A stretch of 62,577 bases of DNA, filler included, from Basidioascus undulatus (GCA_000826855.1; 9 parts of 9 records of this genome joined end to end with filler, not necessarily neighbours in it), one strand, 5' to 3'. Positions 12,294 through 25,332 are shown, numbered from the whole stretch's first letter. Numbers and translations are program-made. Notes: generated by a model from the letters alone, not told the origin.

Positions 12294-12977
12294 TCAGACG
12301 TGCTTGACGAGGATCTTCTTGGGCGCCTTCTTCTTCTTGGGCTTTTCCTCCGAGTCCGAGCCGCTGTCATAGTCGCTCTTGTAGCTATCCGCTCCAACCA
12401 CCCAGTCAGTGAAACGGCCTAGGAAACTCAGGAGGCAGAGAGCGCGCCGACGCACCCACGCCCGTTCTCCAGTTTGTCTACCTTGTACTCCTGCATGTCG
12501 AGCACGACGTCGACGTCGACGTCGTTCTTGATGTTGATCGGCTGGGGCGTCGCCGGCTGGGGCGGGGGCGGTGCGGCGACGTAGGGGGGGTAGAATTGTC
12601 CGCCAGGCCCGCCACCGACGTACTTGCCGTACTGCACGGCGGTGAGCCCGCCCGGCCCGCCCGTCTGCCCAAACGGCTGCGCCTTGGTGCCCTTCTTGGA
12701 GTCGTCGTCGTCCTTGCGGTTGACCTTGCCCCCGAAGAGCGCGTCGAGGTTGATCAGAGAGGGATCGTCGTCTCGGTCGCGGTCGTGGCGCTCTGGGTGG
12801 TGGGAAGACCCGCGATCAGTAAATCGAAGAGAGAGGAAGGCGGGGTGGAAGGTGGGAGGGAGAGGGAGAGAACGAACTGGAGAGGTCCGCAGCGCCGACG
12901 GGCGCGGACGGGACGGCCACGACGGCGGCGGCGGCGAGGACGGTGAAGCCGGTGACGAGGGTGAAGGTGCTGCGCAT
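12294..12977 (-). CDS. Small secreted protein (175 aa, 3 exons), unknown function
   Basis: Exons 12977-12878, 12792-12456 and 12384-12294 splice GT-AG in frame. Hydrophobic N-terminus MRSTFTLVTGFTVLAAAAVVA, LSKR Kex2-like site, TATAAA on the minus strand at 13101-13106. Confidence 0.8.
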
Positions 12978-13506
12978 TTTTGGTGTGAGAGCGTTGGGAA
13001 GCGTGAAAGAGTGTGTGATGTGTTTGAGGGAGTTTGGATAGAGGAAGGCTGAGAAGGCGAGGCTGTGAATGGGGATCCCAGACTTCCTGCGCCTGCCGCC
13101 TTTATACAATCCTCCAAGGCCAAGCAGTGTTGTCGCATCCCGAGCGCCGAAGGTGATCAGAGTGAGCAAGCAGCACAGCGCGATCGAAGCACAACACCCC
13201 GCCCCTGCAGGGTGCGTCGCGCACTCCCGTCCGCGGGAGCGCATCCCTCGGCTTGCGCCCTGGAAACAACCACCAACACTCTCCGGTCAACCACTAGACT
13301 TCGGAAGAGCCGCAGGAGAAGCGCGCGTCGAGCGGGAAAGGGGAGCACGCCGAGCGAGCGCGCGTGTTGATCGAAGACGAAGGGGGTCGCTTGGGCGCGC
13401 GTTGCGCGGGGTAGGTCAGTCTTCAGCGATGCACAGAACAAACTCCTTCGGCGCATGCCCGAGAAGTTGGACGCCGCGAAGGAGAGAAAAACAAGTTTAT
13501 GCGCTC

Positions 13507-14884
13507 TCACTCCTCCTCTGCGTCCAGGTCCACCCCCGCCCGTGCGTATAGCGCTTCGCGCTCGGGCCCGTCGGGCGTGACGTTCGCGAGCGTGACGAGG
13601 GCTTCGTTGAGCTGGAGGGAGGGCAAGGGAATGAGAGTTAATTCGAGTGCGGGGGTGGGCTGTAGAATTATAGGGAGGCACGCACGAGAGACGTGAGCTC
13701 TTCGAGGTCTTCGGGAGTGGGTGCAGGGTCGAGTGTGGCAGCGAGTGTGTTTGCACCCTCCAAGTCGTCGATCGCTGCAAATGCACCATCGTCAGTCATT
13801 GCGCGGCAGAGATCTCCCAACAAACCAACGCACCCTCCTTCAGCTCCTTCCTCGCCCTCTCGACCTCCTCCTTCATCTCCTCATCCAACCCCTCAAGGTC
13901 CACCTCCTCCCCCTCTTCCTCCAAGCGGTCCATCGTCCTCCCCGCCCTTGCAACGCCCACGCCCCCGCGGCTCTTCAGCGCCTCCCACCGCTGGCGCGGC
14001 TCGAGTACCGAGTCGCCCTGGCCCTGCAGGGCGAGGGACAGCGCGTCCTTCGCGAATGACACGGCTGGCGCGAGGGTCTCCTCGAGGGGCGCAACGAGCG
14101 CGGCGAGGTTGAGGAGCTCTGTGATCGAGAACCTCGGGAGGGAGGGCGAGAGCGCGTTGGTCGCTTGGTTGAGGAGCGCGATGGGCTGCTCGGAAGAGAA
14201 GACGTCCTCCTCCTCTGCAGCCTCCTCCTCCTCCTCTTCGGATTCCAGCATTTCCCGCAGTGCCTCCGCCGCCGCTCGACCCTTCACGACTTCGCGCTCC
14301 TTCTCCCACCCCTCCGCCCGCCCGCCCGCGACCTCCCACGCGCGCGCAAAGAACGGGCGCCCCTTCTCGGGCTCGCCAGCGGCCGCGACGGGCTCGTCGG
14401 ACCTCGCGGAGAGGGCGATGAGCGCGCCGAGCTCGAGGAGCGCGGAGGCGAGGATGAGGTTGAAGTGCCCTAGGGGGACGGGCTTTGAGGGCTCGGATGG
14501 AGAAGAGGAGGTGCTGGGGTCCGCGGAGGCGGTGGGGAGCGGCGCTGGGGGGGAAACGAAGCCTTCGAGCGCTGGGCCGTAGGCGCGCAGAAGACGGTCC
14601 GTCTCGTGCAGGACGCCACGGAGGAGGGGCGCAGCGGTGCGGGGGTTGTCGCCTGGTGGACCAGCAAGCGACCCTTCAGCAATGACCACAGAAACATTGA
14701 GATCACTTCCAAGCGCACCTTTCAGCGCAGTCTCACAGCGCTCCCACAGCTCCTGCAAGTCCGCCCAGTCGTCGCCCAGCTCGCCCTCGCCCTCCGTCGG
14801 CGGCGTGGGCGTCTCCACGGGCGCGGCCTTGGCCTTCTTCGCTTTGGCGGCTGCGCCGAGGCCGGCCGGACGCTTTGGGGGCAT
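13507..14884 (-). CDS. ETT1: Ett1/Nro1-like protein (enhancer of translation termination 1 family)
   Basis: N-terminal MPPKRPAGLGAAAKAKK (cf. KRPxGL of Ett1/Nro1), LRGVLHETDRLLR (cf. HECDRLLR) and C-terminal EALVTLANV...EREALY. Three canonical introns; stop at 13507-13509. Confidence 0.7.
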
Positions 14885-16265
14885 GGTCGTGAGCTGACGG
14901 TGGGTGAAGGTGCAAGAACTGAAGGGAAGAATGAAGACGCGACGACGCGGGAAGCTTCGGAGTCCCGGCAGTTTCGGCGTTTGCAGCAGTTCGTATCGGC
15001 TATGCAGTGTACAGTGAACCTGCCCTGGACGCCAAATTTCTGGCGGTTTGCCTTCCACTGGGATTTGTCCGAGTGATACGCGAATCATACCTGTACTTAA
15101 AGAAAGGTTTGCCCCGGAGAAAGGAGCGGGGAGGGGGGAGGGAACACCACCTCCCGTTCTGTAAGCAACTCCGGTAGGCGCATGCCTGGTCGAGCAGGTT
15201 GGCAGCAAATTGGCACGGTAGCCTTTTGTTTTCTTCAGTACTTGCTATTGAAGTGGTCTGAGCCAAGGAAGATAGTACGAGAGCCTCGAGTCGGAAGAAG
15301 CTCGTGCCTCCAAGGCAGTGCAAAGCGCGCCGCCGCTGGCTGCCTCATGTCCGCCCTTGGGTGAGGAGCATCCATCCCGTTCGTCCTTGGCATATTAAAG
15401 CGCCCAGTACTTCAACCGTCTAAAGCTATGTAAAGGATGTACCCTTGTACTGGAGAAGGACGACGCTGAGAGTTGAGCATTGGTCGACTGCGCTGCAAGT
15501 GTTTTGTTTCCAACAGGTTGTCGCCCTACCTCGCTCTTATTTCTCTCATCCTGTTGCGGGGAAAACTTTGGTGGCCCATTTAGGGATACATGTTTTTCTC
15601 CAATTCTGCTTGGTTTAACGAAGTAAGGGAACGCTCCCTCTGCATGCCCTTCTCCCCACGGCTTCAGTCCATGACCGGCCACGTAGTTTACCCTCTCCAG
15701 CTTGATGGCTTGGCTCTACTTGAATAAGAGATAATTTCTGGAAGACTTACGCCTCGAGTGGGGCTTCTTCAACGATAAGGGTGAGTCCGAGGAGCTGGAG
15801 GTGACTCCCGCTCCAGCAACCCCTCCCTCACTCCTCGGCCACCGCGCTTGGGCTGCTGTCGCTTAGGCTATGGATTCATGCGTGTATGTTCAGACGCAAT
15901 TTCTGAGTTTTGTTCACCTTATGTGAAGCTATCAGGACTGGAGCTCAAAGAACTTCGGCAATGCTCAAGCACTACACCGCAGGCAGCATCAGTATTCTGC
16001 CCTGGCGCTATAGGCCTATTAAACAGAAATGATACCCTTGAAATAATACACTTCCTTGTGCAGAATGCGCCTAAGCATTTAAATTTCTAACAAGGGAGGT
16101 TTGCCAGACCACCACTGCTTTAGTGGGCGTGTTTAGCAATTCTTCGCCCAGCGCATGCGGTGCGTCCCCGTCGCGCCTTGTTTCAGAAAGACGCCTTTAA
16201 CTCTTGACGACCGTCATCATCATGCCAGCATACTAACAAGTCATTACATTCACCAATAACTGATC

Positions 16266-17582
16266 ATGGCTCCGCCGAATGCTCTCATTTTTTTCGGATT
16301 GAGCGCGTGGATGTCGGTCGGCGACAAGCCGCTCGAACCACTCGGTGTGAAACAGGACGGTCACTTGCTATATTGAGTCGCAGCAGGACAAGGTGCGCTA
16401 CCGTTCCTCTAGGGTTCCTATTATGCTTTCGAATTGAGAATTCATGCTTATTTGCGGTGTCTACACACAGGAGTTCAAGGTGCACTGGCAAAATGCCTCG
16501 CACCGGCTCCGTCGCGGCGCCTCAATCGCCGCCAAAGTGTATCTCGACGGCACCTTGCACGGGTCGTACATCGGCGGTGAAAATAATGGGATCTGTACTT
16601 CCGATGGCAAGTACGAGTCCGCGACATCCGTGCGCCCGTACAAATTGCAGAGCTTGCACTAGCCAGTTCGCCCCCCTGCCGCTTTTTCTCTAACCATTCC
16701 AGGGAGGCTACATTTGAATGACAGGATCTCTATGAACAAACGATGACGAACGCGCGTGCGCCAGTGAGTACAAGCTGAAGAATCTCGGCCAGATCAAGGT
16801 CGACGTTCGACTTGGGTACATGGACTCGACCAGCGCGCGGACGAGCGGGACGAACGGGGAGGCTGCGCACAACGACAGCAAAGTCTTCCATGAGCGAAGC
16901 AAGAAGGCCAATCCGTCGCATATGTGAGTACACATTGCAGCGTTGCCTGGCAGTGCCGGGAGAGCCGACTGAGACCGCAGCTTGAACTAATGGCGGCGCG
17001 ATGCACCGGTACAGACCACTTTGGGTCAGAGCAAACCGGCGGCCACGTATGCGAGGGGGGTCAAGAACTGGATACCGATAGACGGTCCTGGCCAGTTCGC
17101 AGCGCGTTTCATCTTCCAATATCGGTCGAGAGGTGCGTCCCCAGCTGCCCGCTCTGTCGAGCTTGGTGAACCCCTCCGCCATCTCGGGCTCGTCCTTCCC
17201 TTCGCATTCCGCAGAGCTTCGCCAGTCGCGGGACGTCAGTGCGTTCTTCTCACACTTCAAGAGCCAGTTTCCCTCTCCCACCCCCCCACTGAGCCTTGCC
17301 CTTGTGCAGCCCCCCGCGATCTGCTGCGCTCGCCCACACCCCCTCCAGCACCGGTTCCTTCCGTACCAGCCCGACACAAGCGCGCCGCGTCGGCGGTGGC
17401 CGATCATGGCGGCGACGAGCGCAACGAGTACGCGCAGCTTCGAGCGCGCCTGCGCGAGCTTGAGCCTAAAGCGTCAAGCAGGAGGGGGAGGACTCAAGCC
17501 TGTCATCGACATGACGGGCGGGGACGACGACGAACATGCGGCAGTGGGAGCAGCTAGAGAGGAACTGGGATGGGCGGGGTGA
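16266..17582 (+). pseudogene. Lineage-expanded fungal protein resembling DUF7918, probable pseudogene
   Basis: Segments GLSAWMSVGDKPL, CYIESQQDK|EFKVHW, AKVYLDG, LGQIKVDV, FHERSKKA, ARFIFQYRSR. Frameshift near 16350 and in-frame TAG near 16660. The family assignment is from recalled pattern only; the 3' end is approximate. Confidence 0.5.
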
Positions 17583-17748
17583 AGCTGGAAGGGGAGCAGG
17601 GCGTGATTGAATCGGCGGACTCGGACGAGGATTGAGCTCCACTGGACGACTGACATGACATTTTCGCTTCGAAGACCGCTTGTCGTTTGTTGTGCACTCG
17701 ATGCGACTCTGACAATACACACCTATCTCGCCCATTTCTCTCGATGAG

Positions 17749-20700
17749 ATGCCTTCACGACTGGGCTGTTTTGTTCGTTTGGAATTCAATGCCGAAAGAG
17801 TCACAGCAGTCGAGAACATCACATTCGTCCCGCAAGGATATTCCACAGCCGCAGAAAGCGTCCTTGAAGGGTTTGTCGAACCTACAGACGGACCGCTGCA
17901 CCTGCTGTGAGTTGTGACGGCTGTTCCGTTTGCCGTTTCTCCCCCAATTTTGACTGTCGGCCATCACCATCTTCTTGCGACACCCACCTCTTCTCTATTC
18001 ATCCTCTCTCTCTCAGGAGCTCATCTTCCGCACACTCTCGCCAAATCTTCACTCCCGAACGTTCGGCATCCGGCATCTCCCCGAAAGCAGCCGCCGCGGT
18101 GCTCCAAGCACACGTCGGCCTCTCGGATTCTCCTCGCGAGCCAGCCTCCGTACCGCGCACAAAGCTTTCCTGAGGTACTTTCGAAGCTGAGAAAGCTGTG
18201 GACGAAGGTGGAAGAAGGCACCAGTGATGCCTTGCAGGACGAGGCTGTCGCTGGAGGTTTGTGGTAGGTCGAACTTCTGGCCCAGAACGTTTTCCATTTT
18301 GACCAGCCCATCCGGCGACTCGGTGCGTTCTTTACTTATCGTTGAAAGGATCCATTGCCTTGGAGACCTCACCCATTCCCTTTTCCAGGAGAGGATGCTC
18401 ATCGCGCGGCTAGCCGCGCCGGAGGTTATCGCCGTCGCGCTGTCTGTAGAGTCGACGTGGCTCGACATGGGACTCTATCATGACCTGGAGAGCCGCAAGA
18501 ATCTTTCAATATTTGCAGAGGCTGTCTCGGTACACAGGTTTTTTTCCTTTGTCGACTGGGTCCCGCAGCGTTTGCTGAACGTTTCGAGAGCGGCCCCCCT
18601 CAGGTTCTCTGCCACGGCGCACTCGGTCTTGCGAACGACGTGGACACGGGCGACGCAAGCGACTCCGAGAAGTTCACGGAGGTGATGGCGCGGGGCGGCA
18701 AAACATCCAGACCCGCACACGCATTGGCACGGTACGCCATTCCTACCTGAGCTCTTCACGCTCGTCCTAGTCTTTCTCATCCCAAAGCTGCGCACGACTC
18801 ACAGGGCTCCATGCTCTATACGCGCTGGGACCTTAGTTTCTGAAATGGCGGGTCGAGAAGCTCGACATCGTGCGCTTGTTTGCATGCCAGTTCGAAATGG
18901 CGACGCGGAGGAAAGGATGTTCGCGTTTACAACCCTCATACGGTGGGTGTTTAGATCTATTTTCCGGTGTACCAACATCACGCTCATCTCTATGTACGAT
19001 GGCGCGAGGAAGATTTATTGCAATTGGAGGGCGTCGGGATCACCGGAACTTGTCGCAGCCAGGCGACGGCGGCGTTGGACTGTTTCGATGCAAAGATGCT
19101 CGCAGCTCTCTCGGTTCGTGGAACGGGCATGAGGCATCACATGTTGTCCGAGTCTCCCTGACGTTACACTGACGAAAGCTTTCTGGCCCTTGTAGCCCGA
19201 CAGCATGAAAAACTCTGAGACCTCGCGATTGACCAGGGGCCAGAAGCTCTGCTTCGATGCGTTGGACGACTTCGCCCGCAATCGAGATATCTGCGAAGGT
19301 GTGATCATCCACGCCTTGATGTCCTCAATCTTCGGCGGTCTGAAGCTTATATTCCCAGCTTTTGGAAAATCACTTCTCGGTATTCACCTCTAACGAACTA
19401 CTGCTGCTCAGTACAGTGCTGTACGAATGCCTCCAGCTCTCCGATTTTAGCATCAACGACTTCATGCAGCTTCTGTCTTCCTCTGAGCCTCCCAAATCCG
19501 CGTGGCCGGACTTCTTCATCTCAACTCATTCTGACGCTTTCAGGCGCGTGGCGAGTGCTTTGCGCAGGCGCGCCCGCGGAGACGACCGGAGTATTGCGGC
19601 TCGGCTGGAGATTCAGGCCGCTATCAAACGGAAGGACTGGGAGACTGTGCGCACCTCTGTGCTGAAGCACTGGAAAATCGAGGCGGGCTGTACATCAGCG
19701 TCGCCTGTCCCGAGCTGGACTTCAGCACTGAGGGCGTCTTCTGGCTCGGGATGCTCAGCCGCCTTCTGTTACCATGCACTCTCGCTCACCGCACGCCTTT
19801 CTGCAGAAACGTCCGACTCCGAGGTGGGCACACGCCAAGCACTCAGTTACGTTAAGAAAGTTGTCTATCCAAACTTCTCCGACGTTCCTACAACTGCTGA
19901 CACATCGTCGGTCTGGTCATCCCTAGGGGCCCAAGTAGGGTGCTACTGGCTGTCTCCGACTCAGTAAGGCTTATGAAAGTTTAATGCCTTACCGTAAAGC
20001 TAATATTATTCTGCAGATCTCCTACATTTGGTTTCCTCCGGAGCGTTTCATCCCGCCGTAAGCACTATGGGCGGCCTCGGACGGGCAGACCTACCTCGCG
20101 ACGAGTGCGCGCAGCTTGCCCGAGCTCTGTTTCGTTCCGCGGTTGACGATTGCGAGGCTTTTATTGCCAAAGCCAGCCTGGACGTCATGGCGCTCGATGG
20201 TCAGAAGCTCGGCCGAGATTTGAAGGAGCTGGACGAGCTCAGGTACGCTTTCCCGCTCGTAAGGGTGTAAGGAATGTGCATCAGGAAGCTTGCGCTGTGG
20301 AAGTCGCACCCGAGCCCGCCAAAGAGAAGCTCAAGCTGGTGGACGAAATCAGCACGCAGATGTACGGCCCGTCGGCGACTCGATCGGTTCGTTTTGGTCC
20401 ATCTTATCATCCATGTGTCGTTTGTGCATTGGACTAGGACATCGCTGCGGATCGGCATCTTCTGGGAACCAGCATGCACTCATTCACGTATCTCCCCCTT
20501 TCAGAATGCCGCCTGTATAGCATACTCTCTGAGCACTACGCCGCCGCCGCCGAAGAGTGGGACCCGGTCTTCGTCGAGCGTGGCCAGGCGCAGCCGTCCG
20601 CCGCGCCGTCGTTCGAAGAGGACGATGGGCTCCGGGAGATTCTTGCCGGGTTCAGTGATATGCGCGTGAGCGAGAATGAGGAGGGAGTTCCCGTCGTGAA

Positions 20701-21107
20701 GACGATGCGCCTGGAGCAGCTCAACGGGAAGGTCGTCGAGATGTTGTGCGTCGATTCACAACTGCACCTACCTGCCGGAGCCGGACGTTGATGCCTCTGT
20801 GTCTTCGACAGAGAATGCTCGTATTGTTCTAACCCGTCAACTCGGCACAAGAAGTGCGCCTTGCCCCAAGAAGACTCTTTCTTTAGACGCACAGAAACAC
20901 TAGTGAGCGGCTGCGTTGCGCAGATGCGCGTGGTGCGGGCTGGCAAGGTGCTGCGATGTGCGTCTTCAGCGTTGGTCTCGTTTCCATTTCTCCAGAAGCT
21001 TTGCTGACCCGACTTCGGGTTGATTCGTGAAGGTAGAGTGCCAGAAGTGGCACTGGCCGCAGCACAAGGCGGTGTGCAAGCCGGCCATGGTGGCGAAACC
21101 CGCTTGA
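17749..21107 (+). pseudogene. Large helical protein with C-terminal MYND zinc finger, at least one frameshift
   Basis: The last exons splice to ECSYCSNPSTRHKKCAWCGLARCCDVECQKWHWPQHKAVCK (MYND pattern), stop at 21105-21107. Frame change without an intron near 19360. The start is uncertain. Confidence 0.6.
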
Positions 21108-21552
21108 TTGAGAGGGTCGGTGAGGAATTTGAGCTTGGAGATTGAAGACGCAGCAACGTTCGCTTGACATCCATGGCATCTTGATACATGACCAACCATA
21201 ACCTCAATTTACGTCATACCGATGGGGGCGAGGTTCCCGTGTTCGCACAACTGGCAACATTGACTTCATCTCGACCTCACCTCGACTTCACCTCGCAGCA
21301 GCAGCCGCAACAAACTATTTTCAGTCTACGTAAAGCTTTGAACGAGCACAAGCGAGATGCAGATTGGGATTCCAGAGCGGTGGATGCAATACGAAGAGCG
21401 GGCTTTTACAAAGGGATGGGGGTAATGCTGTTGCGCTGTCAAAAAATGGGGACGATACTTCTATTCCGAATGATGCAGATGAGATGCGCAAGTCGCAGAG
21501 AGAAACTTGGATCCTCCCACCAGAGATACCAATCATCCTATCCTATCCAACT

Positions 21553-22843
21553 TCATGCGGAAGCAGTCGTAGCGACGGGCTCCTGCGTCACCTCCTGCAC
21601 GACGTCGTCCCGGTCGATGAGGCCGCGCTCGCGCCACCGGTCGGCGATCTGAAACAACCGCATGGTCAGTCAGCGCGCTGAAACAAAGGGGAAGACCGAA
21701 GACAAGATGCAGCAAGCGGGAATGGCGAACGCACCGGCTCCTTCCCGAACACGTGCTTGAGCACCTCACGCGCCTCCTCAACGTAGAGGATCTCGATCCC
21801 AGCCTTGACCGAGTCGGGGACCTTGTACTCGATGTCGGCGCGGCAGCCGGCGGGGACGAGCAGGCGCTTCATGCCCGCGCGGTTGGCGGCGAGGATCTTC
21901 TCCTGTTGTTCCACGAAAAGCGTATCGTGAGCGGCTGTGCTTGACGCTTCGTCCGATGGAGATTACATACCTTCAGACCGCCTACAGGCGCCACTTGCCC
22001 GACAAGGGTAACTTCGCCGGTCAGAGCTGTGAAGCAGCCGACCTCAAGTCAGCGATCTGCCAGCGCAAGCAGTACGCGAGACGTCGTACCAGTATCGGGG
22101 TCGACCTTTGTCTTGGTCAGGAGCGAGACGAACGCGGTCAGGATGGCTGTGCCCGCGCTGGGACCGTCCTACGATCATCGTCGAGAAACACCATCAAGTC
22201 AGAAACGAGACCTAGGCAACAGATAGCCGCGCGAAAGGCGTGAATGGCGACGCACCTTTCCGATCGCGCCCTCGGGCATATGCAAGTGGATGTCCCGGTC
22301 CTGCAGCATCATCTCGCCCTCGGACTTGGTGATGCCGAGGTCGTACGCGTTCGCTTTGACCCAGCTGAGCGCGATTCTGTCGACGCAGCAGCGGGTACGA
22401 TCAGCAAACCACTTATTTGGGGAACAAGCTGGGGTGCGAAAGACGAAGACGTACTGCGCCGACTCGCGGATGACCTCGCCGAGCTTGCCGGTCAGCTGCA
22501 GGTTCCCCTTGCCGGGCATGATCTACCCCGTCCCCCTCGTCCCATCAGCTTCCATCCCACAGCCCCACACAAGTCGCGCGAGGGAACGCACCGTCGCCTC
22601 AATGGGCATGACCGCCCCGGACCCATTGCCCAAGTACCCCAAGCCCGTGCTGACGCCCGCAGGCGGGCTGCGGACATACAGCCTGTCCTTCTGGTACACG
22701 GGCGGGCCGACATAGTCCTTCAGGTTCTCGGGCGTGATCTGGACGTGCACGTCCGCGGGGACGGCGAGCGGCTTGCGCGGCGCGGTCGTCACCGGCTTGC
22801 GGCGCTCTTCTGCCGCGGGGGTCGGTTCGAGGTCGGGCTGGGA
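21553..22843 (-). CDS. PIM1: Lon protease, mitochondrial type, C-terminal protease domain (5' truncated)
   Basis: [51 protein letters not shown] (catalytic Ser), GGLK|EKILAA (catalytic Lys). The spliced C-terminus ends ...ATTASA* with no PTS1. Confidence 0.9.
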
Positions 22844-22943
22844 NNNNNNNNNNNNNNNNNNNNNNNNNNNNNNNNNNNNNNNNNNNNTTAATTAATTAAN
22901 NNNNNNNNNNNNNNNNNNNNNNNNNNNNNNNNNNNNNNNNNNN
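22844..22943. other. Artificial contig linker
   Basis: N44-TTAATTAATTAA-N44, stop codons in all six frames. Confidence 0.98.
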
Positions 22944-23947
22944 GTGTAGGATGGGGTCGGGCTCGGAGGCGAGGTGTCGCTTGGCCCCACCGCCTCGTCC
23001 CAAGGAGCAGCAGGCTCGCCGCTGGATGCAGACGCGGACATGAGCGCTTCGAACGGATCAATTTACAATGCGAAGTATGGGCGATATTAGTGGGAAATAG
23101 TAGGGAGGACGCGTCGAGGTCGCGAGGGAGAGAGAGGAGTTCGACACGTGCAAGTAATCGTCCTTCAAACGCCAAACAATCATCCCGATGCACCTCGAGA
23201 TCCAGCGTCCAACTCGCGGTGTGGAGCCTGCGCAGGAATGTTGGACCTCCGAAGTACATGTACCCATCCCACCGCTCCAGCCCACCCCTCTGCCCTGTAC
23301 GCGTGGGCAAACCTATCCACACGACGCTCAGTCGCATCCGAATCCACCGCCCTCCTGCGACCATCTCATCCTTTATACGCGCCCCGACCGTGTTCTCTCG
23401 CACCTGCTGCATCTCATCTCGCTGACCACGACCAGTCGGGCGCCGTGCGCTCCCAGCGCGTGGTTCTTGGCGTAGAGCCACCAATTGCACCAAGACGCCT
23501 CTCGAAATGGCCATCGAAGGGGTGCGGCCATCAGCGATGCGCGCGCGCTCGAGCAGGCTCTCCATCGCACTGCGACTCCTTTCATGCTGAACAACATCGC
23601 TGGGCGTTCTTCATAAAAATCCTTCGAACACTTCTGGAGGTATTTCGTGCACCAATACCTGGGCGTGGCGCATGTGCAGGGTACTGGTGCCGATGTGAGA
23701 CATCCGACATCCCAGCCCGAGAGCTCTGGCGTCAACGTCGGCATCGGAGTCCGCTGCTGCTGTTCGCCTCATGTCGATCCCTGGATCCATGGGCCCGCCG
23801 CGATCGTCGCGCTGCGTGCTTCTGGGAAAGGTATAAGGCTGCATCGGGATGGAGCAGCATGGATCCCATTCTCTTCCTGATCCCATTCCCTCTGCTTTGA
23901 CGTGATACCCGCTCAACGTAAACGATACCTACACAAGCTAGTCCAGC

Positions 23948-25232
23948 ATGTCTGCTGCTGCACCATCAGCAGACCATCCCAGTCCCCCAGCGTCCCCCCA
24001 CGCGCGCCGCCCCGACATCCCTCCCGTCCAAGGCAGCACCGCCTCGCCTCGGAGCCGGAGCGCGTCGATCGCCTCCTCGCACGACCTGGACCTCCTCGCG
24101 CGGCAGCTCAGCCGGAAGTCCTCGCGCGGGGGCGATCGCGAGTCGACGACCTCCCCCGCCGACGCGGCGGTGCACCAGCCCGCAACGCTCGATGAGGAGC
24201 CGCCGTCGTGGGCGGACACGTCGCGCTCGGAGGACGAGGACCTCGAGCTTGAGGGCCTGCTCGGGCAGGTGTTTGGGGAGGCGCCGGGGGAGCAGACGAA
24301 CAAACGCAGGCTTGGGGTGGTCTTTCAGGATCTGGTGGTGAAGGGTGCTGGCGCTGGGTGAGTTTTCCGCTCTATCTCCCTGTTCTTGTGTTTGTAGACG
24401 TGAGAAAATAATGGGGGTGTAATTGAACAGCGCGACCTACGCCGAGACGTTCGGCGACCTCCTCTGGGGGATGATCGACATCCCAGGGGCGATCAAGAAG
24501 CGTCGTCGCGCGACGGTGGAGCGCACGCTCCTGAAGGGCTTCGAGGGATGCGTGAAGGAGGGGGAAATGCTGCTAGTGCTCGGTCGGGTGCGTCTTCTTC
24601 TGTCTGCTTTCCTCCTGCTCCTGAAGACGGCTCACAGCGGTGGGACGGCAACCCGGCAGCGGCTGCTCCAACTATCGCGTACGATCTCGAGCTCAACTGT
24701 CTCGAAATGCAATTCGTGCCGTCCGGCCCTCCGTACGCCGACAACGTAGCAAACCGAGTTTGCGGTATCCAGGGTGCCCAGGGCGGTCAGCGCGAGGTCA
24801 GCGGGGCGCAGTATATTCTCATCCAGTTCGGCTACACCCGGTAAGCTTGCCGTCCGCTGGTGTGTCAGTTTCTGCAGACGACTAACGCGACATTCACTCC
24901 GGCAGGAAACATCTCTGGCGCAATCTGTGAGTGGACAGCGTGGACTTTCAGCCGTCCGAGCAAATATTCTCACCAGGTTTCCATCTCCAGTGGCGCGATT
25001 TTCGGCTTCTTCATCCTCTTCGTGATCCTCACCATCCTCGGCCTTGAGCTGCTGCTTAAGCCCGCGTCCGGCGGCGGCAACCCAATTGCATACAAGAAGG
25101 GCGCCGCACCCGAAGGCGTCGCCGACACGCTCGACAACGCACAGCCGCCGGCGGACGAGGAGAGCGGCCCGCGCGACGAGAACGCCGCCGTGACGGCGAA
25201 CGAGAGCGACAGCGACCGGACGGCCACGTCTG
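23948..25232 (+). pseudogene. PDR-type (ABCG) ABC transporter with large internal deletion
   Basis: GVVFQDLVVKG and LLKGFEGCVKEGEMLLVLGR|PGSGCS (NBD1 Walker A) run straight into YDLELNC...VCGIQGA...FGYTRKHLWRNLG (PDR_CDR region). The acceptor before PGSGCS reads CAA. Confidence 0.85.
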
Positions 25233-25332
25233 NNNNNNNNNNNNNNNNNNNNNNNNNNNNNNNNNNNNNNNNNNNNTTAATTAATTAANNNNNNNNNNNN
25301 NNNNNNNNNNNNNNNNNNNNNNNNNNNNNNNN
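25233..25332. other. Artificial contig linker
   Basis: N44-TTAATTAATTAA-N44. Confidence 0.98.

Noticed and set aside
21533..21781. Lon ending near ...RMKL as a peroxisomal PTS1-like signal
   Set aside because: Wrong frame. The spliced product ends ...ATTASA*, and the sequence is PIM1-like.
22888..22899. Recurrent TTAATTAATTAA palindrome as a biological repeat, CRISPR-like unit or piggyBac target
   Set aside because: Always centred in exactly 100-nt N spacers, so it is an assembly linker.
22944..23900. Overlapping 225-250 aa ORFs upstream of the ABC gene
   Set aside because: No recognisable motif or codon bias; may be a relic but unsupported.
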